Assembly: GCA_964601625.1 (NCBI GenBank)
Contig: CAZROC010000007.1
Location: 46,122 to 78,121, forward strand
DNA from: an uncultured Thermoplasmata archaeon
GTDB taxonomy: Archaea > Thermoplasmatota > Thermoplasmata > JAGHBH01
Direction of reading: 5' to 3'
DNA: 32,000 bases
Made by a program: the position numbers and the translations under genes
Notes under the pieces: model-generated
Told to the model about the DNA's origin: nothing
Seen by the model: the letters and a program-made list of their open reading frames with translations, nothing else
Databases searched by the model: none
Part shown: positions 1 to 7,406 of the stretch, in pieces
Numbering within the stretch: position 1 is the first letter of the stretch
Layout of the letters: each line of letters begins with the position of its first letter

Positions 1-949
1 GTTTCCATGAAACTTCTGCGAAAAATAAGAGACGAAAGAGCCCTGGCGATCTTCCTCTGCTCCTTTTCCGCTCTGCTGGCAGCCTTTCTCACCAACGACG
101 TGGCCCTTTTCATAGTTGTCCCGTTGACTCTCAGCGCCCAGGGATTTCTAAGAAACGACCTCTCAAAGCTCGTGGTCTTTGAGGCGATATCTGTGAACGT
201 CGGCTCCGCTCTCACGCCCATTGGGAACCCGCAGAACATCTACCTGTGGCACAGGTGGGGCATATCGTTCGCCGCCTTTTCGTGGAACATGCTCCCGTTG
301 TTTCTGGCCATGTTCGTAACCCTTCTAATCTATATTTATGTCGTTTTTCCGGCCAGAGATCTCCGCCCCGGACAACGGGAAAAACCAGAGGAGGTCGCGG
401 CGGGGTACAATCAGGCCCTGTTCTTTTCTTCCGCTGCCCTGTTTGTTTCTTTTGTCGTGTCTGTGGAAGCTGGTCTGTCCCACTTTTTTCTTCCCTGTGA
501 TTCTCGTATTTTACGCTGTTTTTTACAGAAAAACGCTCGTTGACGTTGACTGGCCTCTCCTGGTGTTTTTCCTGTTGGCGTTTGTAGATTTTCGCTCACT
601 ATCAACAGTGCCTGCAGTGTCGGAGTTATTCCTCAGAAACGTTGACACCGGGTCACAGCTCCACATATTCCTGCTCTCTGTCCTGCTATCCCAGGCGGTC
701 AGCAACGTTCCGGCTGTTTTCTTCACCTCAGGGCTGAGCAACAGGTGGCTTCCGATAGCATACGGAGTGAACGTGGGGGGCAACGGCCTGGTCACTGGTT
801 CTTTGGCTAATTTCATAGCCATCAGGTTGATGGCGGGAGAGACCCTCAGAGACGGCGAGAACGTCTGGGTGCTGTTTCACAGATACTCTCTGGTTTTCTT
901 CGCCGTGACCGTGGCAGAGGCGGCGTTTGTCCTGTGGGCGGTGTTTTGA
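1..949 (+). pseudogene. ArsB/NhaD-superfamily anion permease (ArsB/CitMHS-like). The 5' end is cut by the window edge and the reading frame is broken by a 1-nt shift in a T6 run.
   Basis: Frame 1 is open from nt 1 (ORF 7..543) and is multi-TM with the family-typical loop 'GSALTPIGNPQNIYL'. Frame 2 (ORF 338..949) carries the second-half motifs 'LSQAVSNVPA' and 'GVNVGGNGLVTGSLANFIA'. The frames join at cac-tttttt-cttccc (T run 484..489): '...EAGLSHFF' continues as 'FPVILVFYAVFYRK...'. Confidence 0.6.
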
Positions 950-988
950 TGTCTCAGAGAAGAATTTAAATATCATGAACCTGTATTC

Positions 989-2224
989 ATGAATATGAGT
1001 TCAAGAATCGTGGTTCACAGAAGTGAGGCGGATGAGATTGAAAAGATAGGTGGCTGGGTTCTCATATTCGGGCGAAGAAAAGTGGGTAAAACATATTTGG
1101 TGCGAAATTTTCTCCACTATGACACATATTTTTTTGTGCATGCCGATAGGAGTATAAGGATAGAGCGAGGGGGGAAGGAGAAGCGGCTGGACGATTTCAG
1201 AGAAATGGTTGACATGGCCAGAAAAGACCTGAAAAATTCAAAGACAGTCGTTATAGACGAGTTCCAGAGATTGCCGATGGACGTGTGGGAAGAAATAGCG
1301 TCGGTTCATCCGTCCGGAAGGCTTATACTGTCTGGCTCAAGTATGCGCGTTGTGTCCAGGATTGTTTCCAGGGAATCACCATTACTGGGTCTTCTCTATC
1401 CCTATCGGCTGGGGCTGATCCGTCCCCGCGACATTATGAAATCATTGTTCCGACACGTAGATCCGGATGAGGCGGTTGAACTCGCACCGTACCTGCGGGA
1501 CCCATGGACCATCCCTCTGTTTAGGTCCAGTAAGGATTTCTTTCAGTCTCTCGTAAACATCGTTCAGTATGCGGTTCCTGCTCTAATAGGCGAGATTTTT
1601 ACGGAAGAAGAAAGAGAAATGACAAAGACATACCGCTCAATAGTATCTCTGATTGGAGCGGGATATACCAGATATGAAGAGGTGGCATCTATCCTGTACA
1701 ATAGGGGCATAGTGAAAACACCAACCAGTGCTTCAGTATTACCCTATATCAAAAACCTGAGGGATATGGGCGTTCTGAAAGAGATAAAGGTGTATGGTAA
1801 AAAAAAGTATAGATACCTCATAGAATCCGAGCCAGCAAACCTTTACTATTATCTTTCCTCAAGATATGACCTCTCCCGTGAAGTGCAATATGGGGAAATC
1901 GAGCCCACCGTGAAAAGGTTAAAATCTTTCGCTGTTGAGCGTTTTATAGCTGACCTGTTTGCCGAGATATACGATGCAAGGGTTGAAGAGCTGAAAGAAA
2001 CAGATAGAGAAATAGATATTTTTTTAACGAAGCGCAACAAACCGTATCTGGTGGGAGAGGTGAAATGGGGCAGGATTAAAAAAGAGGACATCAGGAACTT
2101 TATCCAAAAGGTTGACAGGTTCGGATGTGAAAAAGTCATATTCTCAAAATTCAAACCAAGAGGCAATATACCCGGAGACATCAGAATACTGACACCCGAA
2201 GACCTGAAAGCACTTGTTGATTGA
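989..2224 (+). CDS. Archaeal ATPase (AAA+ P-loop) with a DUF234-type C-terminal domain
   Basis: Walker A is 'GRRKVGKTYL' and Walker B is 'VVIDEFQ'. The C-terminal 'EIDIFL...KPYLVGEVKWG' is a D...ExK pattern, PD-(D/E)xK-like. The 411-aa size and architecture are typical of Arch_ATPase+DUF234 proteins. Codon usage is AT-richer than in neighbouring genes. Confidence 0.8.
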   Translation: MNMSSRIVVHRSEADEIEKIGGWVLIFGRRKVGKTYLVRNFLHYDTYFFVHADRSIRIERGGKEKRLDDFREMVDMARKDLKNSKTVVIDEFQRLPMDVWEEIASVHPSGRLILSGSSMRVVSRIVSRESPLLGLLYPYRLGLIRPRDIMKSLFRHVDPDEAVELAPYLRDPWTIPLFRSSKDFFQSLVNIVQYAVPALIGEIFTEEEREMTKTYRSIVSLIGAGYTRYEEVASILYNRGIVKTPTSASVLPYIKNLRDMGVLKEIKVYGKKKYRYLIESEPANLYYYLSSRYDLSREVQYGEIEPTVKRLKSFAVERFIADLFAEIYDARVEELKETDREIDIFLTKRNKPYLVGEVKWGRIKKEDIRNFIQKVDRFGCEKVIFSKFKPRGNIPGDIRILTPEDLKALVD

Positions 2225-2458
2225 ACCTTCGCACAGTCATCCCAACATATGCACCAAAACTTTTTTATACAACTGACTCTAAAATATCTGTGGACATGGA
2301 TTTGGCTTAGTGGCTTTGGGAAACAGTTTGGTGGGCCGGGACGTTGATGGAAAACACCTTGAATGGGTGTTTTTCATCTCCTGAATATGTGTGATGCATA
2401 ATATCACGCTAATGTTTAGCACGTTAGTGGTCAAAAAAAGGTGTGGGAGGTGATAACA

Positions 2459-3619
2459 ATGGCAGGATATCCGCGCTTCATAAACAGGATAGAGGACGTT
2501 GAGAGACTGCGACCCGAGGAAAAGGAGACGCTGAAAAAGGTAACCGAAAAGTTCGCCTTCAGAACTAACGAGTACTATCTCTCGCTTATAAACTGGGACG
2601 ACCCCAACGATCCTATAAGGCGGCTGGTGATACCATCGCCCGAGGAACTCCACGAGTGGGGCGCCCTTGACCCGTCCAACGAGGCCCGGTACACCGTCAT
2701 GCGGGGTGTGGAGCATAAATACCGGAGCACGGTGTTGTTCCTCGTTAACAACGTGTGCGGTAGCATCTGCAGGTACTGTTTCAGAAAGCGTCTGTTCATG
2801 AAAAACGCCCACGACACACTACGCCCACAGGACCTGGACAGAGCGGTGGAATACGTGCGTAGCCACCCGGAGGTGAACAACGTTCTTCTCACAGGCGGGG
2901 ACCCGCTCATGTTCCCCACCCGCCGCCTTGAGGAGATTATCAGCAAACTCCGCCAGATAGACCACGTTGATACCATCCGCATAGGGACGAAAATCCCCGC
3001 CTTCAACCCCTACAGGATTACAGAGGACCCGTCGCTGCTTGAGATGATAGAAAAATACAGCACCCCCGAGAAAAGGATATACATCATATCCCACTTCAGC
3101 CACCCCCGGGAAATAACTCCCCAGGCGATAAAGGCGGTGGACATGCTCCTCAAAAGCGGGGCCATACTCGCCAACCAGAACCCCCTGATAAGGGGAGTAA
3201 ACGACGACCCACGGGTGCTCGCAGAGCTTTTCAACAAACTACAGGCGATCGGAGACCCACCCTATTACGTCTTCCAGTGCAGACCCGCCTCCGGGAACAG
3301 GGCATACTCTGTGCCTGTGGAAGAGGCCTACGACATAGTTGAAGAGGCGAAAAAACCAGTCTCTGGCCTGGCTAAAAGAGCGAGGTATATCCTGTCCCAC
3401 GCCACGGGCAAAGTGGAAGTCATAGCGAAAACAGACAGCCACATCCTGTTCAGATACCACCAGGCCGCCGACCCCGGGGACATAGGCAGGGTCATGATAT
3501 TCAGACGAAACCCCGAGGCATACTGGCTGGACGACTACCTGGTGCAGGGGGAAATTTCTGTGGAAGGCATTGGGATGGAAAAGGGCGGCCTTGACGAAGA
3601 AGAGCACGTGGAGACGTGA
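2459..3619 (+). CDS. KamA-family radical SAM / PLP aminomutase-like enzyme; the substrate is probably not lysine
   Basis: The radical SAM cluster motif is 'CGSICRYCFRK' (CxxxCxxC). Also present are 'VLLTGGDPLM', 'IRIGTK', 'ISHFSHPREIT', 'NQNPLIRGVND', 'PPYYVFQC' and a late 'ATGK' (candidate PLP lysine). ATG 2459 is preceded by GGGAGGTGA (2445..2453). The GTG at 2441 in the ORF track is less likely to be the start. Confidence 0.85.
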   Translation: MAGYPRFINRIEDVERLRPEEKETLKKVTEKFAFRTNEYYLSLINWDDPNDPIRRLVIPSPEELHEWGALDPSNEARYTVMRGVEHKYRSTVLFLVNNVCGSICRYCFRKRLFMKNAHDTLRPQDLDRAVEYVRSHPEVNNVLLTGGDPLMFPTRRLEEIISKLRQIDHVDTIRIGTKIPAFNPYRITEDPSLLEMIEKYSTPEKRIYIISHFSHPREITPQAIKAVDMLLKSGAILANQNPLIRGVNDDPRVLAELFNKLQAIGDPPYYVFQCRPASGNRAYSVPVEEAYDIVEEAKKPVSGLAKRARYILSHATGKVEVIAKTDSHILFRYHQAADPGDIGRVMIFRRNPEAYWLDDYLVQGEISVEGIGMEKGGLDEEEHVET

Positions 3620-3757
3620 AATTAACTCCGAAACTCAGCATCTGTACCGGAATATCAACATTTTTATAAAGAAGGCGCCATATACCCCTGTCAGGTCATA
3701 TCCAGCGGAAGAAACAATCCGCACATCATTAACCCACCCTATTATGGTAAAAAGGAG

Positions 3758-4504
3758 ATGGTGGTTGTCGTGAACCCTGCACCTGCGATTTACACAACGG
3801 ACAGAATAAAGACGTACATAGAGGGATTTGACGAAAAAATGGAGGGAGGCATACCAGAGGGCCACATCGTCCTCATAGTAGGCGAGTCCGGGACAATGAA
3901 ATCCTCCATAGCATTCAACATACTCTACTACAACGCCCTTGAAGAGGGGACCAGGGGGGTGTATATCACCCTTGAACAGGGCAGGGAAAAACTCCTCAAA
4001 CACATGGCCGGACTGGGGATGCGAATAGAAAACGTGGAAGACCTCCTTGCGGTGGTGGACCTGGCAATAATACGCAAAAACCTTGAAAAACTCGGCCAGC
4101 AGACCTGGATGCAGATATTCAAAATGTACGCCAGAAACCTCAAAGAAAACCTGGGATACGACCTCCTCGTCCTGGACAGCCTCCCCGTGCTTGAGACCCT
4201 GGCCAACATGAAAAACCCCCGCGAAGAGCTCTTCCTCTTCTTTGAGTGGCTCAGGGACCTTGACATAACGGCTTTCCTCATACAGGAGACCCCCCACGGC
4301 GAAGAGATATACGGGAGGTATGGCGAGGACTTCCTCAGCGATGGCATAATACACCTGAAAATGGAACAGGTGGACGACACCAACGTCCAGAGGAGAATAA
4401 GATGTGTCAAAATGCGTGAGACGGACCACAGCCCCAACTACTACACCCTCCTCTTTGAAAACGGGAGGTTCCAGGCCACCAGGGTGATAACGGACAACAG
4501 ATAA
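3758..4504 (+). CDS. Single-domain KaiC/RecA-superfamily ATPase, paralog 1, with an atypical P-loop
   Basis: The N-terminus 'IKTYIEGFDEKMEGGIPEGHIVLIVGESGTMKSS' is the KaiC-type lead-in plus P-loop. Other motifs are 'VYITLEQ', Walker B 'LLVLDSL' and C-terminal 'CVKMRETDHS...F...GRF'. An AAGGAG ribosome binding site lies just upstream of ATG 3758. It is paralogous to the next gene. Confidence 0.8.
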   Translation: MVVVVNPAPAIYTTDRIKTYIEGFDEKMEGGIPEGHIVLIVGESGTMKSSIAFNILYYNALEEGTRGVYITLEQGREKLLKHMAGLGMRIENVEDLLAVVDLAIIRKNLEKLGQQTWMQIFKMYARNLKENLGYDLLVLDSLPVLETLANMKNPREELFLFFEWLRDLDITAFLIQETPHGEEIYGRYGEDFLSDGIIHLKMEQVDDTNVQRRIRCVKMRETDHSPNYYTLLFENGRFQATRVITDNR

Positions 4505-4538
4505 AATCCAGATAAAGGTCATGGGGAGATGTGAGACC

Positions 4539-5231
4539 ATGGAAAGAATAAAAACATACGTGAAAGGACTTGACGAGATGCTCCAGGGTGGTGTCCCAAA
4601 AAACTACATAGTCCTTATGGTTGGACAGCCGGGCACTATGAAATCCTCCCTTGGCTACTACATATTGTATAAAAACGCAAAACACGAGGGGCGGAGAGGG
4701 GTGCACATCTCTCTTGAGCAGAGCAGGACAAGCCTCGCCATGTCAATGAAAGCCATGGGCATGGATATAACGCCTGAGATAGGGGACAAAATAAGCATCC
4801 TGGACCTGGCATTCATAAGAAAAAAGATGACGCAGCTAGGAACCACCACGTGGGTTGAGGTTTTCAAAATGTACGCCAGAAACCTCAAAGACACTATGGA
4901 CTACGAGATGATGGTCATAGACAGCCTCCCCGTGCTTGAAACCCTGGCCAGATTTGACAACCCCCGCGAAGAACTCTTCCACCTGTTTGAGTGGCTCAGA
5001 GACCTTGAGGTCACCACCTTCGTCATACACGAGATGCCCCAGGACACCAACCGCTTCGCCCAGTACGGAGAGGACTTCCTCAGCGACGGCATAATACACC
5101 TTGACCTAAAAAGAGAAAAAGAGAGCGTCAACCTCTTTCTGGGAATAGCGAAGATGAGGGCCACCGCCCACAAAAGAGGATACTTCCCCCTGATATACGA
5201 CAAAAGGGGCTTTGAGGTGGTTGTGAGGTAG
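4539..5231 (+). CDS. Single-domain KaiC/RecA-superfamily ATPase, paralog 2, with an atypical P-loop
   Basis: Motifs are 'MERIKTYVKGLDEMLQGGVPKNYIVLMVGQPGTMKSS', 'VHISLEQ', Walker B 'MMVIDSL' and 'IAKMRATAHK...GFEVV'. It is collinear with paralog 1 at a constant 745-nt offset. I prefer ATG 4539 over ATG 4521 because of the alignment with paralog 1. Confidence 0.8.
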   Translation: MERIKTYVKGLDEMLQGGVPKNYIVLMVGQPGTMKSSLGYYILYKNAKHEGRRGVHISLEQSRTSLAMSMKAMGMDITPEIGDKISILDLAFIRKKMTQLGTTTWVEVFKMYARNLKDTMDYEMMVIDSLPVLETLARFDNPREELFHLFEWLRDLEVTTFVIHEMPQDTNRFAQYGEDFLSDGIIHLDLKREKESVNLFLGIAKMRATAHKRGYFPLIYDKRGFEVVVR

Positions 5232-5316
5232 CGCCACTCCCGCCCCCACAGCATATTTAATATGTATGTAGTATATTCAACAGTTAAGAAACGCTAAATT
5301 TCAAACCGCTTTTGTT

Positions 5317-6324
5317 TTATATTTTCTCTTTGATTAAATGATTAATTACACATTCGGATATGTCGCTAGCATATTCTCCGGTTCTCCTGATACTCTCTGA
5401 AATATAACCAATTGAGACTGCCATTGCACCTTTCTGTTGCAATGCCAGGGTATTTATTTTTTCGCATAGAGATACAAGATTTGTTAGTGAATCAATGTTC
5501 CTATTGGCTAATTTTATATCTCTTTTAGTGAACGAATCTATACTTTTATCAAAGATCTCCAGTGCAAGATTGTTGGCAGATTCAATTGTATCAATAACTT
5601 CTTTGTCCACATCTTCATCTATGAAACTCAGGATATTTTTTGCTATTTTAACTGCATGATCTCCAATGCGCTCTATAATCCTGCTTATTAGAAAATAGTT
5701 TACAACTTTCTCTGTTGTAATGCCCATCTTTCTAGCAAGGTTTACATCTCTTGATACTATGTTGTGTTGACGTGCTATCAGCCAGTGTAGTCTATCTACG
5801 TCGTTGTCTCTGGATAAAATGTCCTCAATCAATGTTTTATCCTTATTTTTTAACATTCTAACAGCATCTTTGTGCATGTTTTTCACGATTAGATACATCC
5901 TCCGAAGAGAATTATCAAATGGCATTTCTACGGGGTTTAGCAAATCTTTTATTGTAATGCTATTATCTGTTTCCTCCACAACTTCTTGACCTATTGTTGC
6001 CTGTGTAAACTTTCTGCTCACTGTTCTTACAAATGGAGGTATTGCGCTTCTAGATTTAATCTTGATGGTTGTGTACCCGGCAATATACGCTCCGATCAAA
6101 CATCGAAATAAGTAAGTCGGTGTATCAATAGTGTCTGCGTTGATCTCTATCATTCTTTCTTCTTGTCTTTCGTCAACTTTTTTTGTAATCAACAAGGTAC
6201 CATCTGGCTGGATGATTAATCCCAGCGGGTCGTTTTTCTTTATGTTTAATTTTTTGATCCAGGTCTTGGGTAGTGTGATGATATAAGACGCACCTCCCGT
6301 AACCTGGACTTTTCTGATTTCCAT
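5317..6324 (-). CDS. AbrB/SpoVT-domain + PhoU-domain fusion protein (archaeal-type phosphate uptake regulator)
   Basis: The N-terminus 'MEIRKVQVTGGASYIITLPKTWIKKLNIKKNDPLGLIIQPDGTLLI' is a swapped-hairpin AbrB/SpoVT-like DNA-binding domain. The rest contains PhoU-like helical repeats, for example 'ISRIIERIGDHAVKIAKN' and 'SESIRRTGEYASDISE'. It is divergent from pstS. Confidence 0.8.
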   Translation of the reverse strand: MEIRKVQVTGGASYIITLPKTWIKKLNIKKNDPLGLIIQPDGTLLITKKVDERQEERMIEINADTIDTPTYLFRCLIGAYIAGYTTIKIKSRSAIPPFVRTVSRKFTQATIGQEVVEETDNSITIKDLLNPVEMPFDNSLRRMYLIVKNMHKDAVRMLKNKDKTLIEDILSRDNDVDRLHWLIARQHNIVSRDVNLARKMGITTEKVVNYFLISRIIERIGDHAVKIAKNILSFIDEDVDKEVIDTIESANNLALEIFDKSIDSFTKRDIKLANRNIDSLTNLVSLCEKINTLALQQKGAMAVSIGYISESIRRTGEYASDISECVINHLIKEKI

Positions 6325-6348
6325 GCTATCACCTACGTGAATGTATTG

Positions 6349-6423
6349 CTATAAGTTTTTAAACGTTTCTATACCAGACTATAGCGGTATATAGATATAT
6401 TGTAGTTATATAGTGAAATATAG
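6349..6423. promoter_or_regulatory. Array of about 10-bp-phased CTATA / T(A/G)TAG repeats in the divergent abrB-phoU / pstS intergenic region; candidate operator array
   Basis: CTATA occurs at 6349, 6369 and 6379. TATAG occurs at 6380, 6390, 6409 and 6419, and TGTAG at 6401. Spacings are 8 to 11 bp, or 20 bp where one position is skipped. Confidence 0.35.
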
Positions 6424-6438
6424 TTTATGCCGATAAAG

Positions 6439-6448
6439 TATATATTTA
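6439..6448 (+). promoter_or_regulatory. Candidate archaeal TATA box for pstS
   Basis: 'tatatattta' lies about 31-40 nt upstream of ATG 6479, and a GGAGG ribosome binding site at 6462..6466 sits between them. Confidence 0.35.
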
Positions 6449-6478
6449 CGCACGGTTTAACGGAGGCTGGTGATAAAA

Positions 6479-7327
6479 ATGGAAGCGAAAAAGAAGAAAA
6501 TGGTGTTTGGAGCGACAGTGGGCATTGTAGGAGTAATTGTTATTGCAGCAATGCTTGGGGGATGGTTTAAAACTGTCAAAACTGAAACCATAACCATAAG
6601 AGGTTCTACAACGGTTCTACCCATAGCGCAGAGGGCGGCAGAGGCGTATATGGAGGAGCATCCCGATGTAGACATCCGTGTAAGTGGTGGGGGTTCTAGT
6701 GTAGGTATCCAATCGGTGGGAGAAGGAATCGTTGACATTGGAATGGCGTCAAGAGACCTAAAAGATGAGGAAAAAATCAGGTATCCGAATTTAAAACCTA
6801 TAGTTATAGCGAAGGACGGCATTGCAATTATTGTTCATCCAGATAATCCTGTAACGAGCCTCACGCTGGAACAGATAAGGGGGATATATAACGGGACCTA
6901 CACGAATTGGAAGGAAGTCGGCGGTGCTGATGAGGACATCGTCGTAATCAACAGGGACAGCGCTAGTGGAACAAGAGAATTTTTTTGGGAGCATGTACTG
7001 GAGAAGGATGACTTTGTAGCAACGGCCCTTGAAAAAAATTCAAACGGCGCTGTAAAACAGACAGTAAGCCAGACACCTAACGCAATAGGATATGTTGGTC
7101 TTGGATATTTAGACAACTCAGTGAAAGCGGTAAAGATAAAAAAGGATGGAAAGGGAATAGAACCAACAGTAGAAAACGTATTGAATGATGAGTATCCAAT
7201 CTCACGATCTTTGTATATGATCACGAACGGCGAGCCAAAAGGATTAGCGAAGGACTTTATTGATTTCGTGCTGAGTGAAGAAGGGCAGAGAATTGTGGAG
7301 AAAGAAGGATTTGTTCCCATCGGGTAG
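6479..7327 (+). CDS. pstS: Phosphate ABC transporter substrate-binding protein PstS
   Basis: An N-terminal membrane anchor 'VFGATVGIVGVIVIAAMLGGWF' is followed by 'GSTTVLPIAQRAAEAYMEEHPDVDIRVSGGGSSVGI', 'INRDSASGTREFF' and 'IGYVGLGYL', all PstS-family signatures. GGAGG lies upstream of ATG 6479. The GTG at 6470 in the ORF track is too close to the ribosome binding site. Confidence 0.9.
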   Translation: MEAKKKKMVFGATVGIVGVIVIAAMLGGWFKTVKTETITIRGSTTVLPIAQRAAEAYMEEHPDVDIRVSGGGSSVGIQSVGEGIVDIGMASRDLKDEEKIRYPNLKPIVIAKDGIAIIVHPDNPVTSLTLEQIRGIYNGTYTNWKEVGGADEDIVVINRDSASGTREFFWEHVLEKDDFVATALEKNSNGAVKQTVSQTPNAIGYVGLGYLDNSVKAVKIKKDGKGIEPTVENVLNDEYPISRSLYMITNGEPKGLAKDFIDFVLSEEGQRIVEKEGFVPIG

Positions 7328-7406
7328 AGTGTTAGAAAGTTGCAACGAGCGGAAAAGAAGGATAGGAAAAGAAATTGATGAAGAAATTGAGACTCAAAAG
7401 TGTTAG

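Noticed and set aside
3635-4540. A 301-aa ORF on the minus strand covering the whole first KaiC-like gene
   Set aside because: It is antisense to a gene with clear Walker A/B and KaiC motifs and a paralog next door. Its translation is low-complexity (rich in V, H, F, Y and E) with no motif. This is the typical shadow ORF of GC-rich coding DNA.
5232-5316. Possible flanking direct repeats or att sites for the pst island ('cagtta' occurs at both borders)
   Set aside because: Only a 6-mer is shared, which is expected by chance. No integrase or tRNA target is present.
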